Part shown: in pieces, positions 28,822-36,119 of the stretch
Position numbering within the stretch: the first letter of the stretch is position 1
Layout: each line of letters starts with the position of its first letter
Source: a virus
Lineage: Duplodnaviria > Caudoviricetes
Length of the DNA: 38,881 bases
IMG/VR virus record: IMGVR_UViG_3300032287_001413
Location: 1-38,881 of that record
Direction: 5' to 3' (one strand)
Made by a program: the position numbers and the translations under genes
The notes under the pieces: model-generated
Database searches by the model: none
What the model was told of the DNA's origin: nothing
What the model saw: the letters and a program-made list of their open reading frames with translations, nothing else

Positions 28822-30461
28822 TTTATCTCCTCAACCGCAAGCATAGACCTGTCCCAGATTACATAAACAAGACTTTCTTTAGGTTGATTACGAAGTCCCA
28901 TGGCTCTCATACCTTGTGCACCTCTATAACCTTTTGCGGCTAAGGAAACTCCGAGGTCATCGTCAAGCCAAAAATTTGTTATCTTATCTTTGATGCGCCA
29001 CCTGTGGTCGCTAACTGCAACGCTAAAATCAAAATTACTCATCAAAGAATTTGGTGGAATTGCTACTTTTATTACTTTTCCATTTGGAGTTCCAGTAGTT
29101 CCACGAGCGTAAAAATCCGCAACTTCTTTGTCTGCCGCAAAATAATAGCCGTCTCCTGAAGTTCCTCTTCCACCGTGATAATCGCCATTCATAAATTGGT
29201 CAACTATTTTTTCGGCTGAAATTGGGTCTCCCGCAATACTTTCTCCGTCAATTACTCCGCGATAAGCGATTGTCCAACCTTGTTTTTCTAAAGAATTCAT
29301 TTCTTCGGATGTAACAATTTTTGGTTTTCCATCAAAACCTTGTTTTTTAGCAATTATTTCTAGCGCTAAATTGCCAACATTGGTTCCATTGACATGGGCT
29401 TGAACCACCATGCTAGATGCTACTTTTTTTCCTTCTGATTTTAAATACTCTGTAACATTTTTACCAAAGTATGTTCCCAACTCTTTTGTTATGTCTTTAG
29501 CCTTGCCAGTTGCCCAAGAGCCGTGGGTCTCTTGGTCATGTTGACCTGCTTGATGTTTTTGAACTCGTGGGTGGTAAGACCACTCATACAAAGAGTTACC
29601 GTCAGTGTAGATTTCATCGGCATTAACTGTGTTGCTCAGAATGTCGTAGTCATTGTTTAGGTTGCTTTGACCATGTTGTTCCGCATACTGGCGGTCAATA
29701 GTTACCCAGTCACCCACGTTAACTTGTATTGTGCCCTTGGGAACTGCTCGATAAATCTGCACCTTGGCATTTGGGTTTCCGCGCATTGAAGTAATAATCG
29801 AATGAACTCGTCTAGCCATTTCAGGCTCTCCGCCACCATAAATACGAGCGCCATCTTTGTCGTAAACATTTTCTGGATAAATAGCACCGCCACCTGTTAA
29901 ATCATACGCTGGAGCATTTTCTTCTGGGTCTGGTGCGCGGTGAGACATTCGGTAATTGGTATTTACGCCATCACTACCAGTAGCCCATGAGCCATGAGTT
30001 TCTTGGTCGTGCTGACCTGCTTGGTGTTTTTGCATCGGCTCGCTTTGACCGTATAACACTCCCCATTCTTTATCTCCAGTAGCCCCGTCACCCCAAGGTA
30101 TGTATAGAGTTCTTCCATAATTGCTGTTAAATTTTTCGGCTAAGTGGGTTGACGCTGGAGAAATTGTTTTTCCCCAAAAAATAATTTTGTTTGGAAATGA
30201 ATCATAAATTTTAGTTAATAATTTAGTGGCGTAACCTTTTCCCTCGTCATAAGAATCTATTTGTTGAATTTCTATGTCATTTGATTTTACATAAAGTGCT
30301 GTGGCTAGAGTTTTTCCATTATTGTCTTTCATGGATAATGTAGTTCCACTAACGCCATTTTGTTCTTCAAACGTAAATCCAGCCCATGAACCGTGTGAAC
30401 TTTGGTCGTGACCGCCTGAAAGGTGCTTACGGAGCGGCGGAAATACAAATACAGTTTTCAT
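28818..30461 (-). CDS. Three-module tagged polyprotein: GNAT-like, ART-like, ART-like
   Basis: Three tags. Module 1 IEIQQIDS..EGKGYATKLL; module 2 IYRAVP...GDWVT..RQYA..HG...EW; module 3 AYRG...GDGYYFA...FYA...VIWDRS. ATGA-coupled to MuF. Confidence 0.75.
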   Translation of the reverse strand: MKTVFVFPPLRKHLSGGHDQSSHGSWAGFTFEEQNGVSGTTLSMKDNNGKTLATALYVKSNDIEIQQIDSYDEGKGYATKLLTKIYDSFPNKIIFWGKTISPASTHLAEKFNSNYGRTLYIPWGDGATGDKEWGVLYGQSEPMQKHQAGQHDQETHGSWATGSDGVNTNYRMSHRAPDPEENAPAYDLTGGGAIYPENVYDKDGARIYGGGEPEMARRVHSIITSMRGNPNAKVQIYRAVPKGTIQVNVGDWVTIDRQYAEQHGQSNLNNDYDILSNTVNADEIYTDGNSLYEWSYHPRVQKHQAGQHDQETHGSWATGKAKDITKELGTYFGKNVTEYLKSEGKKVASSMVVQAHVNGTNVGNLALEIIAKKQGFDGKPKIVTSEEMNSLEKQGWTIAYRGVIDGESIAGDPISAEKIVDQFMNGDYHGGRGTSGDGYYFAADKEVADFYARGTTGTPNGKVIKVAIPPNSLMSNFDFSVAVSDHRWRIKDKITNFWLDDDLGVSLAAKGYRGAQGMRAMGLRNQPKESLVYVIWDRSMLAVEEIK

Positions 30462-31447
30462 CGAACAATGCCCGTTCTAATGTACTCAGCATCATTTAAA
30501 CCTCTGTCAGGTGGCATTAGGAACGCCGTACAGCGACAATGTGGGTGAGCAGGTGGCATTAGTAGACCATTGGAAAAAGACTGGTTCCAACGCACGCTCT
30601 CGCCCTCCATTGGGGCACATCGGTCACACGGGGGAACTCCGCCCATAGTTGCGGAAGCAGTTTTCCAAACTTTCTGAGCATTTGGGTCAACCCAGCCACC
30701 ATCTGAAGCCTGTTGCCAAGCCAACTGACGACCCCAGTTTTGAGCAATCTGAATCTCGGTGCGAGCAATCATTGACGAGCGTGCCTGTATCAAGCGCCTA
30801 CGATAGGTCTCAGTGACCACCTCAGCCCTTTTGAGCGCCTTTTCGTGGGCTATGCCTTTATTCCTTAGACCCTCGTATTGGCGCGTGTAGTAGCGGTCTA
30901 CAGCGAGCGCCCAACGTGGGTGCAAACCAATAAATTGCCGAAGCCGTGATGCTGTCAGGTCAACTGGAAGTTGATTCTTAAATGATTCGCTGATTACGGT
31001 TCGAATAGCCGAGCGCATTGATTCGTCAATTGCTGTGACTAGGCGTCCCGCTTGTTTGTCTGCAAAGTCATCGGCAAGAGGATTGTTAACATCAAATCGA
31101 AGTTTGGTATTTGGCTTACCTGTGATTGTGAACTCATTGCCCCAAGATGGCGTGGCAGAGATTGTTGGTTGAATTTCGTCAACCGTTGCTCTACCAGAAT
31201 TATTTATGACCGCAAGAATTCCTTGGCGCAAAACTGTTTGTAAATCACCAATGCTGATACTGGTTAAAACTTTTGTTAAGACATCTGGTTGCAAGTTAAT
31301 AATTGCGCGAGCCATTGCATCGGCGTCAACTGTTCTACCCAAGCGATAAAGCGAAGTCTTAATGATGTCGTAAAGTTGCTGTTCAGCCCCAGTAAACATC
31401 GGTTCCGTAGAAACACGGGGTCGGGCTTTGCGAACTATGTGTCCCAC
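30458..31447 (-). CDS. MuF (Mu gpF / SPP1 gp7-like) minor head protein
   Basis: RSSMIARTE...KVWKT...CDRC...PPAHPHCRC signature, directly after the portal gene. Confidence 0.92.
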   Translation of the reverse strand: MGHIVRKARPRVSTEPMFTGAEQQLYDIIKTSLYRLGRTVDADAMARAIINLQPDVLTKVLTSISIGDLQTVLRQGILAVINNSGRATVDEIQPTISATPSWGNEFTITGKPNTKLRFDVNNPLADDFADKQAGRLVTAIDESMRSAIRTVISESFKNQLPVDLTASRLRQFIGLHPRWALAVDRYYTRQYEGLRNKGIAHEKALKRAEVVTETYRRRLIQARSSMIARTEIQIAQNWGRQLAWQQASDGGWVDPNAQKVWKTASATMGGVPPCDRCAPMEGESVRWNQSFSNGLLMPPAHPHCRCTAFLMPPDRGLNDAEYIRTGIVR

Positions 31448-31455
31448 AATTGCCC

Positions 31456-32862
31456 CTAGAAAGCGTTATCCGAAGTTGCGTCTTCCTCGGTCATGTCATC
31501 TTCGGTGGTGTCTTCCATGTCATCTTCTGGCATTTCTGCTGGCATACCGTCAACTGCACCCGTTGATTCAGCATCGTGTTCTGCTGGAGGTAATCCACCC
31601 AACTGACGCAAGTAATCTTCAAGGTTAGGGTCAGTAACAATAATTCCAGCGTTAGCCAAGTTAGTTACATAGTTGCTGATTTCAGTTAGGTCAATGTGTG
31701 CGACCTCGCCATAAGTCAAAACAGGAAGACGTGAAGCGTCCATTCCGTTTAAGCGCATTAGGCGCGGAATTGCGTGCTGGTTAATAGTTTCAGCAATGTT
31801 CTTGGCAATTGCGTCAACTGCCATTGACCACAAATCCATCTTGGCGGTACCAAGTGAGAATGAGCCAACTTGTTCGTGACCAAGCAAAATGAAGTCAGAT
31901 AGAACCGACATTGAAATGCGCTGGTCGTAACGAGAGATAATTTTGTCTGTGTCGAACTGACGATTGCCACCAGTAGAAAGCAGTGTTAGGTCAAATAGTT
32001 TTTTGCCCGACTCGTCATACTGAGCAGGGAAAACTACGCCCTCCTGCTCGTTGCGCTTGATGTTTTGAACAATGTCAACAATGCTGTTAAGAACTGCTTT
32101 TTGTGCATCTGTAGCGGTTGACGATAAATACTCAGGTGGAACGTAGGCAACTGGAAGTCCAGCAAGGTCTCGCTCAATACCGATTGCTTCAATTTCTTCA
32201 ACGCGCTTCTTGAAGTAATAAGGGCGGTAAGCATTACGAAGTAGGGAACGACCTTCAGGGTTATTTTTTGTCGCTGTAGTGCGGAACAACAAAGCCTTTT
32301 CAATTGGAATTGTGTGAGTGCCACCACCTGAAGGGTCATTCTGGGTCATGCCCTCGATGCCACCATCTTCAGCAATGTGCCAGCGGGTTAAAGATTCTTG
32401 GCTACGGATAGCAAATTTACGCCAGCCAATTTTGCCATCGGTGTAGTTCGACTTTCGGGTACTGTCTTTTTCTTCAGGTCCAACTCGGCGCTTGTAAACA
32501 AGTTCGTGAAATGAAAAACCAAATGGAAGCATTGAAAGAATTGCAGAAAGCGTGCTATCCCATGAATCCGACATATCGTGTAGGCAAGATTCAATAAAAT
32601 CTGCTATTTCTGCATCTTCATCTTTTGGTGTACCTTCAGAATTGGGTTCTAGGTAGGGGTCAACTCGCCAATCAAGACGAATAATAACTTTTTCAATGGC
32701 GTAAAGGATGGAACCAATTACAGGGTCATTGTCAGCCATCTCACGGTAAACACGTTGACCATTTTGGGCGCGAAGGGCTACAAGGAACTCTTCATAAACC
32801 GTGCCACCTGCGTGGCGCAGACCAGTAGAACCTAATTCAGATAGGTCTAGTTTTTCTGCCAT
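31456..32862 (-). CDS. Portal protein (Mu gp29/DUF935-like)
   Basis: 468 aa with GFSFHELVY, NPEGRSLLRNAY, GIERDLAGLP and GSFSLG motifs and an acidic tail. Confidence 0.92.
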   Translation of the reverse strand: MAEKLDLSELGSTGLRHAGGTVYEEFLVALRAQNGQRVYREMADNDPVIGSILYAIEKVIIRLDWRVDPYLEPNSEGTPKDEDAEIADFIESCLHDMSDSWDSTLSAILSMLPFGFSFHELVYKRRVGPEEKDSTRKSNYTDGKIGWRKFAIRSQESLTRWHIAEDGGIEGMTQNDPSGGGTHTIPIEKALLFRTTATKNNPEGRSLLRNAYRPYYFKKRVEEIEAIGIERDLAGLPVAYVPPEYLSSTATDAQKAVLNSIVDIVQNIKRNEQEGVVFPAQYDESGKKLFDLTLLSTGGNRQFDTDKIISRYDQRISMSVLSDFILLGHEQVGSFSLGTAKMDLWSMAVDAIAKNIAETINQHAIPRLMRLNGMDASRLPVLTYGEVAHIDLTEISNYVTNLANAGIIVTDPNLEDYLRQLGGLPPAEHDAESTGAVDGMPAEMPEDDMEDTTEDDMTEEDATSDNAF

Positions 32863-32933
32863 TTTTCCATCCTGCCAGCGAATACCACTGCATAATACTC
32901 TGGTATTCTTGCAATACTATCTGACAACTCGCG

Positions 32934-33566
32934 CTATTTGATGTAGAGCGTGGCTTCGAAATTAAAGAATTTCCAGAATTTTATTCCCTTGCCAAATCCT
33001 GCTTCACGAGCCAAGCGCTCATTTTCATCTGATGTGTTTAAACGCATAATAGAACGCAAGTCCTCTTCTTTGCTCAGAATCTCTTCGGCAGTAAAGTTTT
33101 TTCGCTTGAAGTCGTAATGCGCGAAGTTCATTAAGTCTTGTTCAATACCGCCATTTGCGTAAACCTTTTCAGCCCAAATAAAGGCTCCCTTGTTAATCAG
33201 GCTGTCATGGATTTTGCACAAAACATCTAAACGAGATTCTCTAGGCATAAATTGAAGAGTAAAGATAGAAAGAACCAAACTGCTAATTCCATAATCCGTA
33301 AAATGCTCAATCGGACATTCAAGGAAACGGGTTTTCTTTTCATCCCTTGGTAAAAGGTTCTCTGCTTTGTCAATGCCAATCTTTTGACCTAAGTGCTCAA
33401 TTTCTTTTAGCAACTTTCCTGTGGAGCAACCTAAATCAATGACATTAGTTTCGGGAACAACAAAAAACTTTGAAAGGCTTAGTACCGAGTCATAAAGCAA
33501 ATCGTAATTTGGAATTGAACTTGCAATGTGGTCATCAAAATCATTTATGGTCTCAAAAGAAAACAT
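32934..33566 (-). CDS. cmoA: CmoA-like carboxy-S-adenosylmethionine synthase / class I methyltransferase
   Basis: FDDHIASSIPNY, DLGCSTG, FTLQF, AEK, FKR..F..EEI..K...L..IM and AGF...FNF are colinear with CmoA motifs. Confidence 0.8.
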   Translation of the reverse strand: MFSFETINDFDDHIASSIPNYDLLYDSVLSLSKFFVVPETNVIDLGCSTGKLLKEIEHLGQKIGIDKAENLLPRDEKKTRFLECPIEHFTDYGISSLVLSIFTLQFMPRESRLDVLCKIHDSLINKGAFIWAEKVYANGGIEQDLMNFAHYDFKRKNFTAEEILSKEEDLRSIMRLNTSDENERLAREAGFGKGIKFWKFFNFEATLYIK

Positions 33567-34554
33567 GAAGCCCTTTACCTATCTCTTCAACTACTGGGAT
33601 TGTTATTGTGCGTCCAAGACGCTCGTACCTTACGTTGTCTGAAACCAGCGAGCCGTCTTCGTAATACTTAGTGAACTCATCTGGAAACCCTTGCAGTCTT
33701 TCACACTCAAGCGGGGTTAGTTTGCGAATTACAGTTTTATCTCCGTCATTAAGAGCAACTCCATGGCGGTCTTGAGCCGTCAAGGTAAACGCAGAATCCC
33801 CATCGTCTTTTATTCGGCGTCCGTTTTGGCGCTTCTCATCTCGGTTAACTGTGAGAACTGGTTTGACGGTTACATAGGGGACGTTTCCGCCACCCGTTCC
33901 CATCTGGGCTAAAAGAGTAGGTGCGATTGTTCCAAACTCTCTAAAGGCTCCGTCTCTTCGACTCCATTGAGAGATTTGCGCTCTTTCTTCAAATTCGCTG
34001 TCTCTATCATTTTTTGAACCCGTTCTTCCGATAGGAAATACTTTGGGTCTGGGGTGTCCTCTAAGATTTGCCACAACAAAGATTCGTTCTCTGTGTTGTG
34101 GGACTCCGAAGTTTTCGCTGTTAAGCAATTCCCATTGACAGTCATACCCCATCTCATCCAAGACTCCGAGAATGACTGCGAAGGTTTGTCCGTTGTCGTG
34201 GTTGAGTAATCCTTTGACGTTCTCAAAGAGAATGTAAGGTATTCGCTTATCCCGTGCGAGCCTAAACATTTCAAAAGCGAGAGTTCCTCTCGTGTCTTCC
34301 AATGAGAACCCTGTACGTTTTCCTGCAACGCTAAAAGTGGCGCAAGGAAATCCTCCACAAAGCAAATCTGCGTCTGGTAAGTCTCCAGCGGAAACATCTC
34401 TAATATCTCGTGGGTCTGGTGCGTGTCCGAACTGTCGTTCATAGATTCTCCTAGGGGCTGGCAAGATTTCATTTGCCCATACACATTCGTGACCAGTGTT
34501 TTCCAAGCCTAAACGGAAAGCACCAATGCCAGCAAACAACTCAATAAATTTCAA
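33553..34554 (-). CDS. DNA cytosine-C5 methyltransferase family protein (putative carboxymethyltransferase)
   Basis: Motifs I FAGIG, IV GFPC, VI ENVKG, VIII QHRERIF and IX RKLTPLECERLQGFP. Motif X reads LGRT instead of the usual GN(S/A). Confidence 0.92.
   Translation of the reverse strand: MKFIELFAGIGAFRLGLENTGHECVWANEILPAPRRIYERQFGHAPDPRDIRDVSAGDLPDADLLCGGFPCATFSVAGKRTGFSLEDTRGTLAFEMFRLARDKRIPYILFENVKGLLNHDNGQTFAVILGVLDEMGYDCQWELLNSENFGVPQHRERIFVVANLRGHPRPKVFPIGRTGSKNDRDSEFEERAQISQWSRRDGAFREFGTIAPTLLAQMGTGGGNVPYVTVKPVLTVNRDEKRQNGRRIKDDGDSAFTLTAQDRHGVALNDGDKTVIRKLTPLECERLQGFPDEFTKYYEDGSLVSDNVRYERLGRTITIPVVEEIGKGLHVFF
33909..34484 (-). CDS. Alternate-frame ORF nested in the methyltransferase (possible second polypeptide)
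   Basis: 191 open codons in a shifted frame, containing SESWMRWGMTVNG...SLLWQILEDTPDPKYFLSE. Confidence 0.55.
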   Translation of the reverse strand: MYGQMKSCQPLGESMNDSSDTHQTHEILEMFPLETYQTQICFVEDFLAPLLALQENVQGSHWKTREELSLLKCLGSHGISEYLTFSLRTSKDYSTTTTDKPSQSFSESWMRWGMTVNGNCLTAKTSESHNTENESLLWQILEDTPDPKYFLSEERVQKMIETANLKKERKSLNGVEETEPLESLEQSHLLF

Positions 34555-34728
34555 TTAAATCTTTTCAACCTTGGTCGGGAATAGCGGAGCAGACCAACTG
34601 CTAAAATTGTCAGGGCGTAGAGCAATGCGAGCATCGGTTTCGCCCCACACGGTTACAAGAACTTGGCTACCGTCTTCATTGTCAAAAATAAATTGAACTC
34701 CGACAGGAGCAGTGTCTAATTCATTCAC
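34555..34728 (-). CDS. 57-aa hypothetical protein
   Basis: Not in the track. GTG start overlapping the upstream stop (GTGA); MNELDTAPVGVQFIFDNEDG...KVEKI*; abuts the methyltransferase start. Confidence 0.55.
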   Translation of the reverse strand: MNELDTAPVGVQFIFDNEDGSQVLVTVWGETDARIALRPDNFSSWSAPLFPTKVEKI

Positions 34729-34844
34729 TGCTCAGGCTCATCACAACTATTGCAAGCAGGTACGTTTCTATCACCTGAAGCCTGTGCATCGTGTGTGGCG
34801 TTTTCATTACACCAGTAACAAACTATCTGTTCTATAACATTCAT
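34725..34844 (-). CDS. 39-aa CxxC...CxxC microprotein
   Basis: Not in the track. ATGA overlap after GGGAGGG; MNVIEQIVCYWCNENATHDAQASGDRNVPACNSCDEPEQ*. Confidence 0.55.
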   Translation of the reverse strand: MNVIEQIVCYWCNENATHDAQASGDRNVPACNSCDEPEQ

Positions 34845-35032
34845 TTTTTCCCTCCCTTATCGCAGTTGATACAAAATCCTCCACAATTACCCCGACATCT
34901 CATCAGTTTTGCTGGGGCTTCGTCACAAGAAATACACGGAGCAATTGCACCGTATTCCGACCACATAACTTGCTGGACAGAATTACATTCCATGCAAACT
35001 GCTGTTTCCTCTACTGGCATTTTAATTTTCAT
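34841..35032 (-). CDS. 63-aa Cys-rich (Zn-finger-like) protein
   Basis: CMEC, CISC, CRGNC and CINC; TAATG-coupled. Confidence 0.6.
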   Translation of the reverse strand: MKIKMPVEETAVCMECNSVQQVMWSEYGAIAPCISCDEAPAKLMRCRGNCGGFCINCDKGGKK

Positions 35033-35205
35033 TATGCGCTTACCTCTATTATTCCTAACTCAATTAAGCCTTGAGCGACACGACCATACGAACCTTGTAA
35101 CTTCCAAGCCATACCGCTATCTACAAGTTCTTGAAACAACTCATAGATTTCATCGTTTGATAATTCCCCAGATTCATAAGCAATAATTTGATTTACTATT
35201 TCCAT
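35032..35205 (-). CDS. 57-aa phage hypothetical protein
   Basis: Not in the track. GGGAG RBS; MEIVNQIIAYESGELSNDEIYELFQELVDSGMAWKLQGSYGRVAQGLIELGIIEVSA*. Confidence 0.7.
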   Translation of the reverse strand: MEIVNQIIAYESGELSNDEIYELFQELVDSGMAWKLQGSYGRVAQGLIELGIIEVSA

Positions 35206-35208
35206 TTT

Positions 35209-35412
35209 TTATTCTCCCTTTTCGCAATCGTTAATGCAGAACTCGTAGCAGTTACCTCTACAGCAATCGCAGAACTCTTCGGTGTCAATTCCTACTGCGT
35301 ATTTTTTTAATGGCACATTTAGGATTGTTGCGTGCTTCTCGCAGATAGCAACCCATTTACCACCGTCATCATCTAAGCCCTCTTTAAGCGCTTTTCCGAC
35401 ATATGCTTTCAT
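35209..35412 (-). CDS. 67-aa Cys-rich protein
   Basis: CEKH...FCDCCRGNCYEFCINDC; preceded by a GAAGGGAG RBS and promoter copy 3. Confidence 0.65.
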   Translation of the reverse strand: MKAYVGKALKEGLDDDGGKWVAICEKHATILNVPLKKYAVGIDTEEFCDCCRGNCYEFCINDCEKGE

Positions 35413-35432
35413 GGCAACTCCCTTCTATAAAA

Positions 35433-35456
35433 AGGATACCACAACCACGGTTGAGA
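35433..35456 (-). promoter_or_regulatory. Promoter/operator copy 3
   Basis: Minus strand TCTCAACCGTGGTTGTGGTATCCT followed by TTTTATAGAAGGG, nearly identical in layout to copy 1. Confidence 0.7.
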
Positions 35457-35461
35457 TAAAC

Positions 35462-35716
35462 CTATTTCAAGAAAGGATTTTCAACTTCCCAATCTTCGGG
35501 ATAAACGCTGTCGTATAAGAGTTTTTGGTGTGGGCGTGGTCTTAAAGCAACTGTCAGCCAAGTAACTGCCGACATAAAAAATGAAATCCACCCAATCACG
35601 GGGATGGTGTATTGGCGCCAGTAAACGACACCAATAATCACCGCCACCGTGAGAGCGATTCTAGGTACAAAGACCATTAGAACGGAGGAATGTCGTCTTT
35701 GGTTTCGGCAATCCAC
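35462..35716 (-). CDS. Small membrane protein (two TM segments; start probably 35677)
   Basis: Two hydrophobic stretches. An ATG overlaps the SSB stop codon. Confidence 0.55.
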   Translation of the reverse strand: MDCRNQRRHSSVLMVFVPRIALTVAVIIGVVYWRQYTIPVIGWISFFMSAVTWLTVALRPRPHQKLLYDSVYPEDWEVENPFLK

Positions 35717-36105
35717 GGGTCTCCTGCTGGGGCTGGAGACGAAGGCTTACCTTGACCTTTGAGAATTTTTACTGGGTCGCGCTTCAAATCAACACCAACA
35801 CTGTAAGCAGTAATTTTCATCATGCTTCCTTTGGTGCCGTCTTCTTTTTCCCAAGATTCCAATACCGCTTTTCCGTACACGATTACTGGAGAACCCTTGG
35901 TTAAAGATTCTGATGCGTGCTCGCCAACTTTTTCCCATGCTGTTACGCGCCATGGTGTTGAATCTGTTGATTCCCATTCGCCAGCGAGATTCTTTTTTGA
36001 TGTTGATGTAATAACCGTGAATGTAGAAACTGCTTTACCATCTTTAGTAAAACGAAGTTCTGGGTCGCTTGCTAGATTTCCTATTACTGTTACGTTTGCG
36101 CTCAT
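35677..36105 (-). CDS. ssb: Single-stranded DNA-binding protein
   Basis: TVIGNLASDPELRFT N-terminus and DPW...DDIPPF C-terminus, actinobacterial type. Confidence 0.95.
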   Translation of the reverse strand: MSANVTVIGNLASDPELRFTKDGKAVSTFTVITSTSKKNLAGEWESTDSTPWRVTAWEKVGEHASESLTKGSPVIVYGKAVLESWEKEDGTKGSMMKITAYSVGVDLKRDPVKILKGQGKPSSPAPAGDPWIAETKDDIPPF

Positions 36106-36119
36106 TTGTATTTTCCTTT

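Larger units (their letters stand above)
21172..30428 (-). repeat. 13 dispersed 45-nt copies encoding K-H-x-x-G-x-H-D-Q-x-x-H-G-x-(W/R)
   Basis: Copies at 21172-21216, 22453-22497, 22822-22866, 23548-23592, 24790-24834, 25484-25528, 26221-26265, 26982-27026, 27761-27805, 28630-28674, 29514-29558, 29985-30029 and 30384-30428. All are in frame, with synonymous variation. Confidence 0.97.

Noticed and set aside
21172-30428. Dispersed 45-nt repeats as a CRISPR array or DNA-level repeat element
   Set aside because: Spacing is hundreds of bases to over 1 kb, copies are in frame and vary mainly at synonymous or variable-residue positions, and no cas genes are present. The conservation is at protein level.
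21904-30461. Tags as intein or self-splicing boundaries
   Set aside because: No Cys/Ser-start and His-Asn-end splicing motifs or Hint domain seen around the modules.
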